A stretch of DNA of 40,301 bases from Catajapyx aquilonaris (lineage: Eukaryota): assembly GCA_000934665.2 (NCBI GenBank), contig JYFJ02003547.1, positions 1 to 40,301 of the forward strand. The letters run 5' to 3'. Position numbers and translations under genes: made by a program. The notes under the pieces were generated by a model, which saw only the letters and a program-made list of their open reading frames with translations, made no database searches and had not been told where the DNA came from. This document shows positions 25,951 through 39,265 of this stretch, piece after piece. Numbering within the stretch: the first letter of the stretch is position 1; the number at the start of each line of letters is the position of its first letter.

Positions 25951-28900
25951 GAACCAACCTCTCTCCAGATAAGGCCTTGCTTAATTGCTACCTTCAATAG
26001 CTTACACACCGCCTTCTTTCTGCCCAATCTCGATACTCCAATCCTACCACCTCACGTGAAACTCATCATAAAACTCCACCTTTCCCATATAGTTGGACCA
26101 AATCGTCCTCAGGCTATGTAGCCTGGATAGGATATTCTGCTGCCTGCCCGTATTTGTCAAATCATGTTATTCAGACATACAGTATAAGGAGGGCAGCTTT
26201 TCATATTTTTGAATCAGATTTTATCAAATGGCTGAGATGGATTCAGACCAAGGACAACCTTTTCCGCAATTTTCGTATCTTGTTATTGAGGTGGGATTTT
26301 TGGCTAGCTTATTGAATCAACTGGGGCTTGAGGTATAACATGCCGGAGAGGTAATATCGTTATCTACAGAATGACACGGGTCTGGACATCTTTTCCACAA
26401 TCTGTGGCGTGTGGTTGGCCTTATAACAATAACAAAATAACAACTTCGGGTGATTTGCGAGGAAGTGCTCACCTTTTGCCCCGCTCTGTAGGCTATAGTC
26501 GTTGTTTTTGATATACACTGTTCTATTACAGTATCTTACATTCCCTCTTTAAAATGAAAGTTGTTGGTAAGACTCGAGTTGGATAACTTCTATAGGCCTT
26601 CGAGGTAAAATCATCCAAGAATGAAATATGATAGTAGCCGGAATCAACTGCTTCTATTATGGCGCAGATAAGCCTAAGCCATAATCAGTGCTGTAGTGCA
26701 GGTATCAGGCATAAAAAATTTCCAGAGTATAAGTACGAGGGTACAAAAATTGCTTCCATTTTCCTCCGGCCGCAATAACAAATGAGAAGGGTGTGAAGGA
26801 TAAGTGGAAGAAAAGGGTTGCATGCAGGTGACACAAATCCGGATAGCAATCCATTCCTTCTTAGCCAGAGCTATTCTAGCGAAATTGCACGATAAGGAAG
26901 CTTATAAGCTTAAAGTGGTGGGCTGGTTACATCAAAGCAGAATCGATTTCGTGCGCCGGAATTCCCCTGGAGATGAAAGCCTTGTAATTGGCAGTCGATG
27001 ACGACGGTACAAAGTAGGCAGCCGGGACCTGCACGTGAAACACAAACCAAAGATTCCACCAGGACTGAAGCTCCTAACTTTGTTAAAAGAGTGAATCCCT
27101 ACCTTCACCTCAAGTGTACCTGCAGTACTTTGCACCCTCAAAGGTATGCGCTCATATAAACCATCGTTTTCAGAAAGAAAAAGGTAATCTCTCCCCTGCT
27201 GTTAACTCACCTTCAAGTGTGGCGCAGAATCCCATGCATATCATGTACGTAAATCGACGCATTAGAAGGTGAGGCGACTGGAAGTAACTGTACCGATAAG
27301 GCTGTGAACGTATACGTTTGTTTCATATGGTACTTACTGTATATGGTTCAGTATGGGCAACCATTAACACTGGCGCAGGTCCAAGCATAAGGCCATGTTC
27401 CGCCACGTGTTTTGACACATGTCCCTGCAAAATACCCATGATAGATGTGCGACAGAACATGGCTTCATATTTGTCACTATGCCAACAGTAATGGGACTAT
27501 ACAGAAATATTCTTCTAACAAATATAAGTACAGCACTGGAGTTGTGTGTCTACATAATGAAAACTTGTTTCGTGATCCAATATATGTACCTGATAAGCAG
27601 CTATAAAGGCGAGTGACAGGGGAGTGGACTATGGGACCACCCTGCATTAAAACATTTTCATGTATTTTGATAAGAATCCCGCAGTGGGGGAGCATGAGCT
27701 GGCAAATGTGAGGGCTTGTATCAGTAATATTGGCTTCCAGTAATTATTGGCTGCGAGTTTGGGCAATATAGCCAGGACGTTTCCTAAGTGTTATGACTGG
27801 AAGGATCAACCTAGATAAGACCATGGCGTTTTACAGTACCATATTATCAACTTTCCACTTGTATATTTCTTATTCGTACATATGATTCGTCATATGCTAA
27901 ATGTCGCTTACATATGTCAGTAGTCTCACATCAGGGAATTCGAACTTTAATGGATTCCAGATGCTCCAAGAACGTCAATCCTGCCGTTTTAAAGTGGTGA
28001 TGATGGGTTGTGGAGAGAGATGGAGGGTGTTTATGGTCTCTCATGTTCTTCGATCGCCTCTTGCTCTGGGCTGTAGGACATATGTGGACCATGCCAGAAA
28101 GCTGACAATAATCAATATTCAGGTGTACAGTATAACTGTATGAGTGCACTGTACTAATGACCCACTGATACCCACTATAGCTCCTGAAGGCAATGGTTGA
28201 ACCCGTACATATACGCGTAAATACTGAAACGGACTACTATTTTAATTGCAATGTGTAAATTTATCATATTCAATTTCTTCCCGGTGTTGGCGGTGTACAC
28301 TATAAATATTTTTGATATATCTAAAAAATTGCGTACATAGAGTATATATTCTTACAAGATGATTGCAAATAGGTCTACTAATAATAGCTCAATTTGGGAG
28401 CCAGAGTGACGTGACCTTTTGCGTGAGTTCTCCACCAAATAAACCCAACCTGCACAATTGCACCTCCTAGAAAAACATAGTGAGCTGGTGGCGTCCACGA
28501 CATCGTGACGCTTACCCTCTTTTCAACAGGCCGCTTATCCCTCGCAAATCCATTCCTGCATTAGCAATGATGTAATCCAATATCCGTTGGGCCTATCGAC
28601 CTCGGCCATGTCAGAGCCCCTTCCGCCCCTTTATTTTTTAAAGTACACTTCCCGAACCTCGCGCACGCAACAAATCATTACGAATAATAAAATGCCAATA
28701 TTTGCCAACAATCCGTGTGTGGCCAGCATTGTGCGTGCAACTGATGACGTTGCTGACTGACCCACCTCCATGCATTTTTTTCGCAAAGAACGTCGATCGA
28801 TCCGGAAGAATGGTGGACGCACACAACAATAGCCTTGGCCTCTTCGGTGGCTGGCGACTTGGTCCTCCAACAAGTGAATGGCTAATTCAGTTTGCTAATG

Positions 28901-29612
28901 AGCCGACGAATAATCAGCCGGATTCTCACCCGAAGCTGAGTCCTAAAACACGGTGCTGCAGCACGGACTCCATAATCAAGCGTTTGCATGCATCCAGGCT
29001 ACGGAAATTATTTCACTGGCATCGCCAATGGCCAACCAGGATTTCGCTAATAATCGATTATTAATAATATTATTTGGCCATTTAGAACCGGCAGCTTGAT
29101 CCGGTATTTTTTGTAACTCTCATTGCGTGTGTGCGCTCGTGTAACGGCGGTGCATGAGCAAATATTTCGATTTTAATTACAGAGCTGCGATATTATAACC
29201 GGAGGGACACTGGCGAAAATCCGGATGCGGATAGTTTGCGCAGAATTTCATCGGAACACTGGACAGGTTTTATTGAAAATTAAGGGGCATGGTGTGAAAC
29301 TGCGGATTGGAGCAACGCTCTGGCCTTTTTTTGTCTCTCTGGCTGACCGGAAATGTCCACACTGATTCCCACTGAATAAACAGCAGGCAACAGGATTTTT
29401 CTGCCGTTGACCTAACTCGTGTTTGCCTTAGCTTCTGATGTGCGGACCGATGAATAAAAGCAATTAGGACTGCGCCTGTAACGCTCATGATTCGCCTGCA
29501 TTTAATAAAATCGTTAAAAACCTCTGTTAGGTTTTACACGTTTGGGTTACCATGCCTTTTGTATGATGTACAGGGTGGGCCCAAAGTCATATTCTGGTCT
29601 GTCTACTTCCAG

Positions 29613-29790
29613 ATTAAACAGCATGGTGCATGGTGTGACAGCACCGGGATATCATATGGTCAACGTTCTTCTCCACTCGGCAGTGACCGTACTCCTGGCC
29701 ATCCTGTGCCGAAGAGGCCTCCACCTGGGCTCACAGGTGACGTGGACGGCATGTCTGCTCTTCGCCGCCCATCCAGTCCACACAGAAGCC
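29613..29790 (+). CDS. TMTC1: Internal coding exon (178 nt) of a TMTC-family protein O-mannosyltransferase (TMTC1-like), N-terminal transmembrane region
   Basis: Acceptor tctgtctacttccAG (AG 29611-29612) and donor gaagcc|GTAAGC (GT 29791-29792). Translation is (R)LNSMVHGVTAPGYHMVNVLLHSAVTVLLAILCRRGLHLGSQVTWTACLLFAAHPVHTEA, containing the TMTC motifs YHxxNxxLH and LFAxHPxHTEA. Starts in phase 2 and ends in phase 0. Family call is strong; paralogue assignment is from recalled sequence similarity, not a search. Confidence 0.93.
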
Positions 29791-31915
29791 GTAAGCACTT
29801 TTTCCCCTTCAATACGCTTGCTCACAATTCCTGTGTATTTGGCCGGAATTGACTCAATCTTTGCCAATCGGAGCCAGTTTCGCTTGTTAATATCCGTAGG
29901 GGAAAATTATTCTCTCCGAGAGAGGCGTCTTCGTTCTTCCAACTCTGGCCCCGGATCTAAGACCCAGACCCTTCGGATTTATCGGATGTAGACTATAAAA
30001 CGTTCCCACTCCGGACTATAACCACAGCTTCCAGCAAAATTAATTGGATTGTTCTCAGTTCCATTTGGCATTCGTCTACTTTCAATTCAATATCCCCCTT
30101 GTTTAATACTGCCTGATTGCATTAAGCTACGTCTCTAACAATGAAATAGGCCGTAATGAAGAACCGTACCAATGGAGAGGTACTTTTCCCACTTCGCGTA
30201 GGATCAATAAAAATGAGGCTGTACAGTATTGTACTTGTAGAATCCAACTTTCAAAATGTATATTGTTATTTTACACAATAAAGTAGTCTCAGCACCACTT
30301 AACGACTGTATGTAAAAAGCATTTTAAAAAATCACATACAAAAATGGGAGTTAAAAGACGTGATAATGAAATATATGAAGTGGAAGAAATATTTTTGAAG
30401 GCAACCGAAGATAATCCAGATGAAGCCTGGGCGGACCCTAAAGTCGAGTCCGGCTTTTATTTTTTAACTGTGCCCCGCCCTTAAATGTCAACTCTCCTCG
30501 AGCTGGATCAGTGAGTTATGGCATTCGGAACACACTCTTCAATTTTACTGCCCTTTCCACTTTCTCATTTGGTAAGTTAGAAGAAGCAAACTGAAAGGCC
30601 TGTGGACACATGCGGTCCCGAGGGCTTCCTTCTCAACAATTGAAACCAAACGACGATCAGCACTTAGGCCTCAACTCGGAACAGAAACATAAATGTCAGG
30701 CGCATGTTGTACAATTACCGCTGTACAATAGCTTAGCACAGAGATGACAGTTTTAAATTAAAAGCCAAATTGTCCTCCCTAGCCATAAAATACCGTACAT
30801 TGGCAAGTAATTTAACACATGCAAGGGCACAACTGTCGCTTCTCACAAAACGTATTTTTAGAGATAATTTTTAATATCAAACTTATTATATTCCACTGCA
30901 TAACATTGTTAGAATGTTAAAAAACACGATTAGACTTTTTATAATGACTGTTTCAATTGAGGTTGATTTCCTCTGCTTTCCCCTGGCTACCAGTTTACCC
31001 CATCTCTTCTTTTGTGCCCACACTTTCAATCCTGGAGCTTCCAATAATAGGGATGCCGCTGCGTCTGAATCAAGCCTTGACAAAAGGAGAAACGCTCATG
31101 TTTCCTATCAGTCATCGCCTAGCCTTCGGGCAAAGCCCGTCTTCAAATTGTGGAATCAGTACGTTCAGCTGAAATGTTGCAAACTTGTTACACCTTAGTG
31201 TGTGTGTGTATTCCGACGCATTTTTCCTGCACTTGTGCCATACATTTTAAAAGTTGCTCAATTTAATATGTAAATTGCACGTGGCTAGGAATTATCTACC
31301 TGGTAACAATATGCACATCCTCCGGTCAAAATTCAAAATAAGGACCTGCGTTGCGTTAAATAAAAAATGATAGGAGCTAGGGTCAGCTGTGCTCGCTTAA
31401 AAAATTGCAACATCAGCAAATCTCCTGCGCGCAATGTCAACAGGGATTTGGTAGACGGAGGCAGTTTATGTCGGATTTTTCAAGTGGGAAAGTTCTAGCG
31501 GTGCATTTGTTCCCAGGAGGACAAATGCATTGTATGGCACACGCACTGGCGCCTGCTGGTGTATTTGGTATCCGCAAAAAGCCTGGCAAAGCCTTGGCAG
31601 AGGCTAACAAAATTTCTTCGCAACCTTTACTGCCCCGGAGCCAAATCCCTGGCGGAATTCGTGCATGAAACAAACCGCGTGCTGCCAGTTCATGAGTTCT
31701 GTGAAGCTTATTGCAACAAGTTCCGAGTATACCTACTGAAGGTTCTTCAATTGGTAGCATCAACATACAACATTCGCAGAAAATATTTCCTGCTCGTTTT
31801 CCCCCTTCCCAACTCAAAACACATGTACAGTACCTTAGAAATTACACAAAACATACAGTGCTCTAGAAACAGACCAAAACAGCATTTGTTTCATTTGTGA
31901 TTTGTTTCTCATTAG
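29791..31915 (+). other. GT-AG spliceosomal intron (2125 nt, phase 0) of the TMTC1-like gene
   Basis: Begins GTAAGC, ends with a pyrimidine-rich tract plus TAG. Removing it fuses the two exons into a continuous conserved motif. Confidence 0.9.
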
Positions 31916-31989
31916 GTAACCGGCATCGTGGGTCGAGCTGACGTCTTAGCATGCCTTCTCTTTCTGCTCTCCTTCCTCTCTTATCTAAG
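31916..31989 (+). CDS. TMTC1: Internal coding exon (74 nt) of the same TMTC1-like gene
   Basis: Acceptor tttgtttctcattAG (AG 31914-31915) and donor ctaag|GTAAGA (GT 31990-31991). Translation VTGIVGRADVLACLLFLLSFLSYL(R) continues the previous exon in frame to give HTEA|VTGIVGRAD, the TMTC HTEAVxGIVGRAD/E motif. It closely resembles vertebrate TMTC1 VAGIVGRADVLACLLFLLAFLSY as I recall it. Not present in the ORF track. Confidence 0.93.
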
Positions 31990-34900
31990 GTAAGATGAAC
32001 TAACTTACATTCCGCATAATTCATGCCACTATTAATTACATTGTATAAGGATGCCAAACAGGGAGTGGACCACAAAAAATGTGCAATGATGGGCAACACC
32101 TACTCTCACGCCAGCTATAGCCAAATAACGAGGCTGGCGAATGCAAGCGTTTCATATTAGCGCGATACATCACAAATCCTGCCGTAACGACTCGAAGGAC
32201 GCAAAAGTTCCACGTACGGTACCTGTCACATCCGCTATAAACTTGAGTTAATTTATGGCGAGACAGGGATAAAACGAGGGTGTGCAGGGAAGCCGGTGAT
32301 CAAGGCTCAATTGCCCTGCTTCCGATTAATAATTGCTGAGCTGACCGGTGTTTCCTAGCTATAGCTAGCGAGAGGCATATATCGCAGTCATGATGTTGCC
32401 ACCGTAAACTAAACTTTAGATCTGCCCCCCTCCCCCACCCCCCACCAAAAAAAAAAGGATCCTAATGGACGCTACCCATGGGAAAAACACAGGGACTTAT
32501 ATACTGGGCCAATCGACAAATTCCGAACAAGCAACGTTCAACTAGATTATTACAGGTTGCGACCAAGTGGGACCAATTCGCTAACTTCTCTTCATATCAC
32601 CGAGAACGGCTGTTTTTGTTCCCTCCCGATCCCACAGGAAACTGCGTGATGAGGTTTCATTTCGCATCAAACTTTCAGATTGGGTATTTTCTTTTCGGAT
32701 TCAACTCTAATTTTCCGCCATTAGGTAGTTCATGTCTGTACTTTTTTTTCAATTGCACACGAGGGATTCCATTTTAGTAATTTGCGAATTGATTCCCAAT
32801 GTTCTGAGCGAGTTTTTTCTGTATCATTAAAGAGCGATCATTTGCCAAGACACTGAAGACTCAATGAGGTGGGCAAAGAGAGTGTTGATTTTACAGAATG
32901 ATTACATTTTTAGCATTAACGTTAAACGTTTATGTTCAAAACTAAATGTTAATTCTACATTAATTTGCCAATACACAACTGAATTTTAAGAATATCTCTG
33001 ATTATTATGTGTACGAATTCACAATATCTAATCAGGCATTTCCTCCTTCATTTTCGTTCATATAACCTACTTTGAAGGTGTGCTTACAAGCTCGCGAGAA
33101 TCGGTCACGGCGAGAATGAGAACCAATAAATTCGTGCACCCCATTCGTTCGTTGACTTGACGCCTCGCTCTATATACTTTGTAATTTAAGAACCGCACAC
33201 ATTATGCAACTTTCTGTCTTGAATAGTATGAGTATAACACAGTGTTTTGTGATCTAATACTCTGTTTATTTCAGATGTAATGAATGGCCATGACAATAAT
33301 AACAAAAATTCCTATTGAAGTAGCACAAGAAAGCAAAAAAATATGAAACTCACTTGGCTCCATGGCTTTTGCACAACGTCTCATCCTCTCCCTGTGGAGT
33401 CCACGCAACAATTTATTACATTTTTGGCGTGAGTGGTTATGGCAGATAAACATTCTATCTAGCATCAAAAGGAGTCCCACCAAATAACCTCATTCTAAAA
33501 GCCCCATTTGTCCAGCGCCAATGTTTCCAGATAACCGAGGAACACCCTACATGTAATAAATCATTATTGGTGTTTAAAATGATAAGAGTGGAAAAATATT
33601 ATGTATACTGTGCACCGCAATAGAGCCCAATCTATTCAATCTCCTCTCTGATTTTACTACAATATTTGCTTATTTAAGTAGTTTACATACGTCGCGTCGC
33701 TAAGCGTATTCGCAGCTTAAAATAAATAATATCAACTGTGAGCCAAATTAGGACTACCATTTATCGAAATATGTATGAACTGTACAGTTGATTAAACAAA
33801 GGGAGCCTATTCGTATAGTCACAGCCTATATTGCCACAGTAGTAACGAATGAAATTAAATCCAACTGTTGAGTACAAGTTAAGTATGAAAATAGCGTTAA
33901 ATGTGTATAATGGGTACAGTACATGCCAGACCATTAGGGGTGACACCCTTTAATGTGCTGTAATGAATAAAAAATTAAATAGACTGTACGTATACACCAG
34001 ATGCTACATACTGTACGGTATAATTACGGACATCAGGAAAACATTTGGGGCGCCTGATTCATTTATTTACGGCGTAATTTTACTACAGTGTGATGGAGAA
34101 ATTTATGATCCTATAGAGGGCCTATTTGAAGTACGGTACAGTAGACGTCAGAAATGAGACTTTTTCAGGCAGTAAGTTGATGTGGTATGCAAAACTACTT
34201 AGGCACTTTTTGAAATTTGAAATTGCATAAAAGTCTCAAAACAATAATTCCTATTAGGAATCACGTTAATATCTCTGGCGAAACTCCCCGGCACTATTTT
34301 GCGTCCCACTTGGGCAGAGTAGGCCCTATACCCTAGTTCAGTCTCAATGAGTGCCTGTAATTTATAGGGGAATTATTTGGCGAGTAAGACGGGCCTCAAT
34401 TATTCAAAAGGATCCAGGGCGAAGTAATGGGTGTTTTCGTATCGTGGCCGGTCCAAGCAGGTATCTGCAGGGAATCAAGCTATCGGAATGGGCCATTTGG
34501 AGACGCAGTCCTAGCCTGGGCGTGGATGGGGCGAATGGTAGCTGGGACTATGTTAATAGCCACAATAAAACGAGCGTGTCAGCAAGCGAGCCAGGAAACG
34601 CTGGCCGACACTTTGCACTCCTTCAATCACTTTCTTCGGTTCAGCCAATCCGGTTGCCACCAACAACTCTGCGGGACTATTCCATAAAATAAAACGATAA
34701 TGAGACACGACGTTATGGATTTACCTCACTCTAGCACGGGCTCTGATGGCGCGAAATCCTTTGTGTCGCAGGGAGTTGGCAACAACACTAATTAATCCCA
34801 GAGGGCTCGACTTCATGCCGGTTCCTCCGGCCTGCTTTTAGGTGGTCCTGTAAGTTACTATTAGGACAATTTTCATGTTACGGGGCTGAGGCCTATATAC

Positions 34901-35207
34901 TCTGCTCGCACCAAAAGGTATACCCAGGATGCGACGCGACGTGGCCTAGAAATACGGCGTGCTACTTCCCATTCCGGGCGGCATTCGTGTATAATGAGTG
35001 GCCGTTTAGCACAATAATTGATTCCATTAGCTCGCTACAAACCCACTGCACCAATGGCCATCCATTCTTAACATCTAAAGAAGACCTACTGCGTACCAAG
35101 CATGCCAAATTTTGTACGGCCCTATCTGCATCGAGGTGCATAGTAGATCACTACAGTGGCTTTTTATCGTTGTCATAAAAGCAGTTGAAAACGCAATACT
35201 TCTTTAA

Positions 35208-36250
35208 AGGAAGGGTTCAGTGATTTTGCATCAAATATCAAGGACGAATCCCTGATTCCAAAAATGTGGTCAGTTTTTTAATCTGACGCCGCGTAAGCAA
35301 ATGCCGATGCCGTTAGGTCAAAGGCGCAATCCGCTACAGTAGTATTTCATACGGTAATCGTACAGCTAGCGCCGCCCGTGGAGATCCCGGTAACCTGCAT
35401 GGACAATGACCCAATGAGATTGGCTTACCCGCGAAGTCAATTTTTGATCTAGGAATTGGATGGATCACTTGGCCTTTCCTCCGACGCCGTCACAGGCGAC
35501 CAAGATGTGGGCAATGTATTCCTCGTGTCCCTCCGTATTATACCTCGCGACACTACCCGTCTTGTAAGTCTCGAACTGGTACGGAAGTATCCCGCCGTGG
35601 GCATCACTCCAAGCATCACTCGGCCGCATGGTCCGATCACTCATCGTGCCCCTCTCTCCTATACTCGCCCTCCCTCCAACCTTCCCTTCTCATACCCCCT
35701 GCCTTCCCATGGCCCTGGGCACCCGGGCCGGGGTCCGCTCGAGTCGAAAACACAAAAACCTGGCTTGCACGTGGTTTGTCGCAGGGTAACCTCCATGAGT
35801 GCCTCCCCCCACCTAGACAGGGTATTGTCTCTCCGACATATTGGACCTAAATCAGATTGGATCTGCATGCAGTGAAAAAATGTCCTTGAAAAAAAAATTT
35901 GACGCTTGCCAATTTCCTATCCTCCAGCATGCAATCTCGCTCCAATATGGACGCCCCATAAGGACTACGTGGAGACAATACCCTGGTTAGGGTGGGGGAG
36001 GCAACCATGTAGGGGACCCTGGTTTGTCGCTATGGGAGCGGCCATCTTTTTCCCGTGCTTAGAGCTTCCTTGCCGCCTAGAGGGCCTAGAGGGAACCCGT
36101 GTTCGGAGCTGATTTTTTTAAATATAAAAAACGACGTTGACTTGAAATACGCTTATGGTGCATTTTCTACCAAAACGGACCGGATATTCTGAACCAGGGA
36201 GTCCTGCTTGATTTTTGAATCCCAACATGCAAAATCACTGAACCCTTCCT
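35208..36250. mobile_element. Non-autonomous DNA transposon, Kolobok-like, 1043 bp
   Basis: Perfect 24-bp TIR aggaagggttcagtgattttgcat (35208-35231; reverse complement 36227-36250), followed by about 45 bp of imperfect subterminal inverted similarity. TTAA on both sides (35204-35207, 36251-36254). TTAA TSD with AG...CT purine termini fits Kolobok rather than piggyBac (CC ends). GC-richer interior with no recognisable transposase. Confidence 0.82.
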
Positions 36251-39200
36251 TTAATGAAATTGATTTAATTTATATTAATATTTAAATTATTGTAGCATTA
36301 ATATACATAATAATTATGTATTTGAATGCTTAGTACAGTAGCTACATATGGTCCGAATTCAAAATGCATGGATTAATTTATTGCAACTGAAGTATTGTGG
36401 TTCCCAGAAAATACCATGTGAATCCTTCCACATATCGTATTCTGTCTTTAAAAATTCTAAAGTGAACTTTCGTAACAGGAGAGAGGGCAGGTAATGTGAT
36501 ACTTACTGTATGAAAAGTACTTGAGCCACTACCGACCTATCATAATACTGCTGTTGCAATTCGTATATATATCTGCTTAAAAATAGACAGTGGCATATAT
36601 TGCATAAGACTACATAAGGTAAATAAATAAAACATCTGGCAATGCCAGCGTGCAGGTATAGTAGTTGGCCCACCTGCGAACAAGGACATAGTCAGTAATA
36701 ATTTATCATTACCTTTGTTTTTTTCAGGCCAGAACAGAATTAATTACAAGGACACTATATATATACACACGCCTCTATTAAATGCATCTCCTATTGATCT
36801 GTCCTGCAGAACGTACCCCAGAGAATATTTCTGTGAAAATTCCTACACTACGTTATCTTACAAAAATGCGAAAATAATATTGTACATACACTATAGCAAC
36901 GAGAATGGAGGAACCTCTAGAAATTAATAACAGTTACCTATACAGTATCGCATAAGATGTTGTAAATTATGTATCCTGTAGGCTACTCTGTGCACTGTAA
37001 GTAAACTTTGCTTTAGCTCTGCAGGCAAGTCTGAACTCCAAGTCAAACTCCCACCAAGATACTCGTTGGCCCAAAAACAACTCTAAAATGTTGTGCTAAG
37101 ATTCGTGTACTTGTATGGTGATTGATCTGGAGATCATACTCACCCTGTACCCTGAAAGCATGAGAGGATTGGTCGTAGCAGAGTTTATCCAAGGCACTGA
37201 ATGGCTGAAGCACTGACCTCTTGACAACGGTCCGCCCCAGATAAGGGCCCCGAAAATGCCGAGTTTCGACTCTGATCCGAGAGACGACCTCAGGGTGTTT
37301 GTGCCTCCCCTTGTAGTGGGTCACATGTCAATAGCCGTCCCCTTATGCCGCGATGTTATCATTTTTTTGTCCCGAGGAAACGCATTAATATTGCAGTCTT
37401 ATCAGCGGCTGAGCCGGCAGACCCCTCCAAATTCCTCGATGCTATTCCTATTGTGGACTCAATATTACGTCGCAGTGGCTTCACTGCATAATCGATAACT
37501 TCGGGGGAGGACTTTTTTTGATATTTCTGAGGGGAGGCCAACATCATCTGGGGATTTCCGGTGGCCTTTATTCAAAAATCACTTCGTCTCCGTCGGTTCA
37601 CATGTTTGTCCCAGAAAAAAAAAATCCGTGAGTGAAGCACCGTATGTGGGAATCAGAAGACATGGTCCAATCAGCATATATTACGATAGTTCAAATTTCA
37701 CCTTCACTGCTGTAGAACCGACGTGTAAATGTATGTGCTGCTGGCGGAATATGTCAAAAGTTCCGGCAGGCATGTACCGGACAATATAATTATACCCAAC
37801 ATTTATTTATAGGTAAGAGGCCCCTGCTCACAGTCTCCAATTTGACTGCCCCGATGTCTATGCCTGGTATAATTTAGCACATTTAAGCTACATGTATATT
37901 AATGTGAACTGCAAATTGCACCATGGGTTCAAAACCAGAAAGAAACCTGCAATTGATATAAACCTGCGAATTCCGTTGTTGCATTTTTCCGCAGCAGCCC
38001 CAAAGCGCACCGGGCTGGAAACAGTCGAAATTGGATTTATTATGTGTGTTAGGGCAATAGACATGCTGCAGTTCAGGATCAGTATTGGACGAAAGGTCTG
38101 TAGGCCTACGCCTCATACAAAGCTGAAAAATAACAAAACAAAAAAGCAATAGGTGGCCATTTTTTTCCCGCCCGTACAGTGTGACGTGTTTCCAACAGGA
38201 AGCAGGTCGAGCAAGCGAGGGTCGAAGCATATTAGAAGTGTGAAAATGAAAATAACATGTGTCGGAACAAAATAAGGCTGTCATTTTATCAAAAGGAGGT
38301 GCGTCACGAATTCGTGGCTGGGAGTGGAATCGGCCCAGGGCTCAACGTCACCTCCCCTACACCCGTCCTCCTACACCTCGTCGACGAACTGACATAACCC
38401 ATTACGCGATATGACAACTGACGATAAGATAAGAACTCATATCTGCCTCCACCAGCTCAATAACCGCACAGGGTGACCCAAAACTGATGGAGTTATAATG
38501 AATAATATTTTTGACTGGCACATGTCGGAAAGGCATGTGGAAGTGCGTGAGGGCAGTGGGTGTGTGCAAATGACATTCACAAGGGAAGGGAGTCCCTGTT
38601 TGAAATTCTGGCAGCAGAAAAAGTATTAGCAAAGTTACAAAGGAATCGGCTCATTTGAGCCCGGCGGAAAAGACGCGCCCGAAATTAATTATATCCATTG
38701 TTCTGGGACGGGGGTCGATCAGACCCAAATGCCTTTTAGAGTGATGAAGTACCTCCTTGTACAGACCGCCAAAGGTACGTGGGAAAAGTAAAATAAAACC
38801 GAGTTCGTCGGACTGCATCGGCGGTTTTAAGTGCAGGGGGTGGGGTGGGGGTGGAGGATGGTGTCGTGTGACGGAATGACGGTGACATCAGAGAGTCTGA
38901 AGTGGGAATAAAGAGGGGGGTGTCGGACGCAACCTGAGTTCAGTGCTTTTTGTTGGCAATCCGACGCCTGGTCTGCACACTATTCCCGTTAGAGACGCTC
39001 TCATCTGTTCCGCCCACCACTCCTGCTGGATAAAAGCACGCTAAATTATTGTGCTCTCCTGCACAAAGAGCTATTTCATGCTCAAGTCTAACTTCCCGCT
39101 TCTTTCGCTGGGTTTTTTTCCGTCCGGCTATGTCATGGGCAGGGTACCGGTAACATTGCTACGTCACTTTCAGAGGACACATCTGCAGCATCACATATCC

Positions 39201-39265
39201 CTCCAATAATGTATAGATATGGTGGCATCCCATGTATACTCGTACCACACTCCACCCATATAGTA

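Noticed and set aside
29542..29991. 149-aa ORF as a complete gene
   Set aside because: Only 29613-29790 is TMTC-like and bounded by splice sites; the flanks are intron read-through.
31640..31680. KSLAEFVHE resembling the TMTC1 N-terminal SLxGEFVHDD motif
   Set aside because: Lacks the DD and the downstream DFWG/SHKSYRP motifs, and lies between the two real exons (wrong order); coincidence.
32355..32368. 14-bp perfect palindrome ctagctatagctag
   Set aside because: About chance level for 40 kb; no TSD or context.
35456..35875. 139-aa ORF inside the Kolobok-like element as a transposase
   Set aside because: Pro/Arg-rich with no DDE or zinc-finger pattern; explained by local high GC.
37862..37940. 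Possible tRNA/SINE (B-box-like ggttcaaaacc near 37926)
   Set aside because: No properly spaced A box and no cloverleaf stems.
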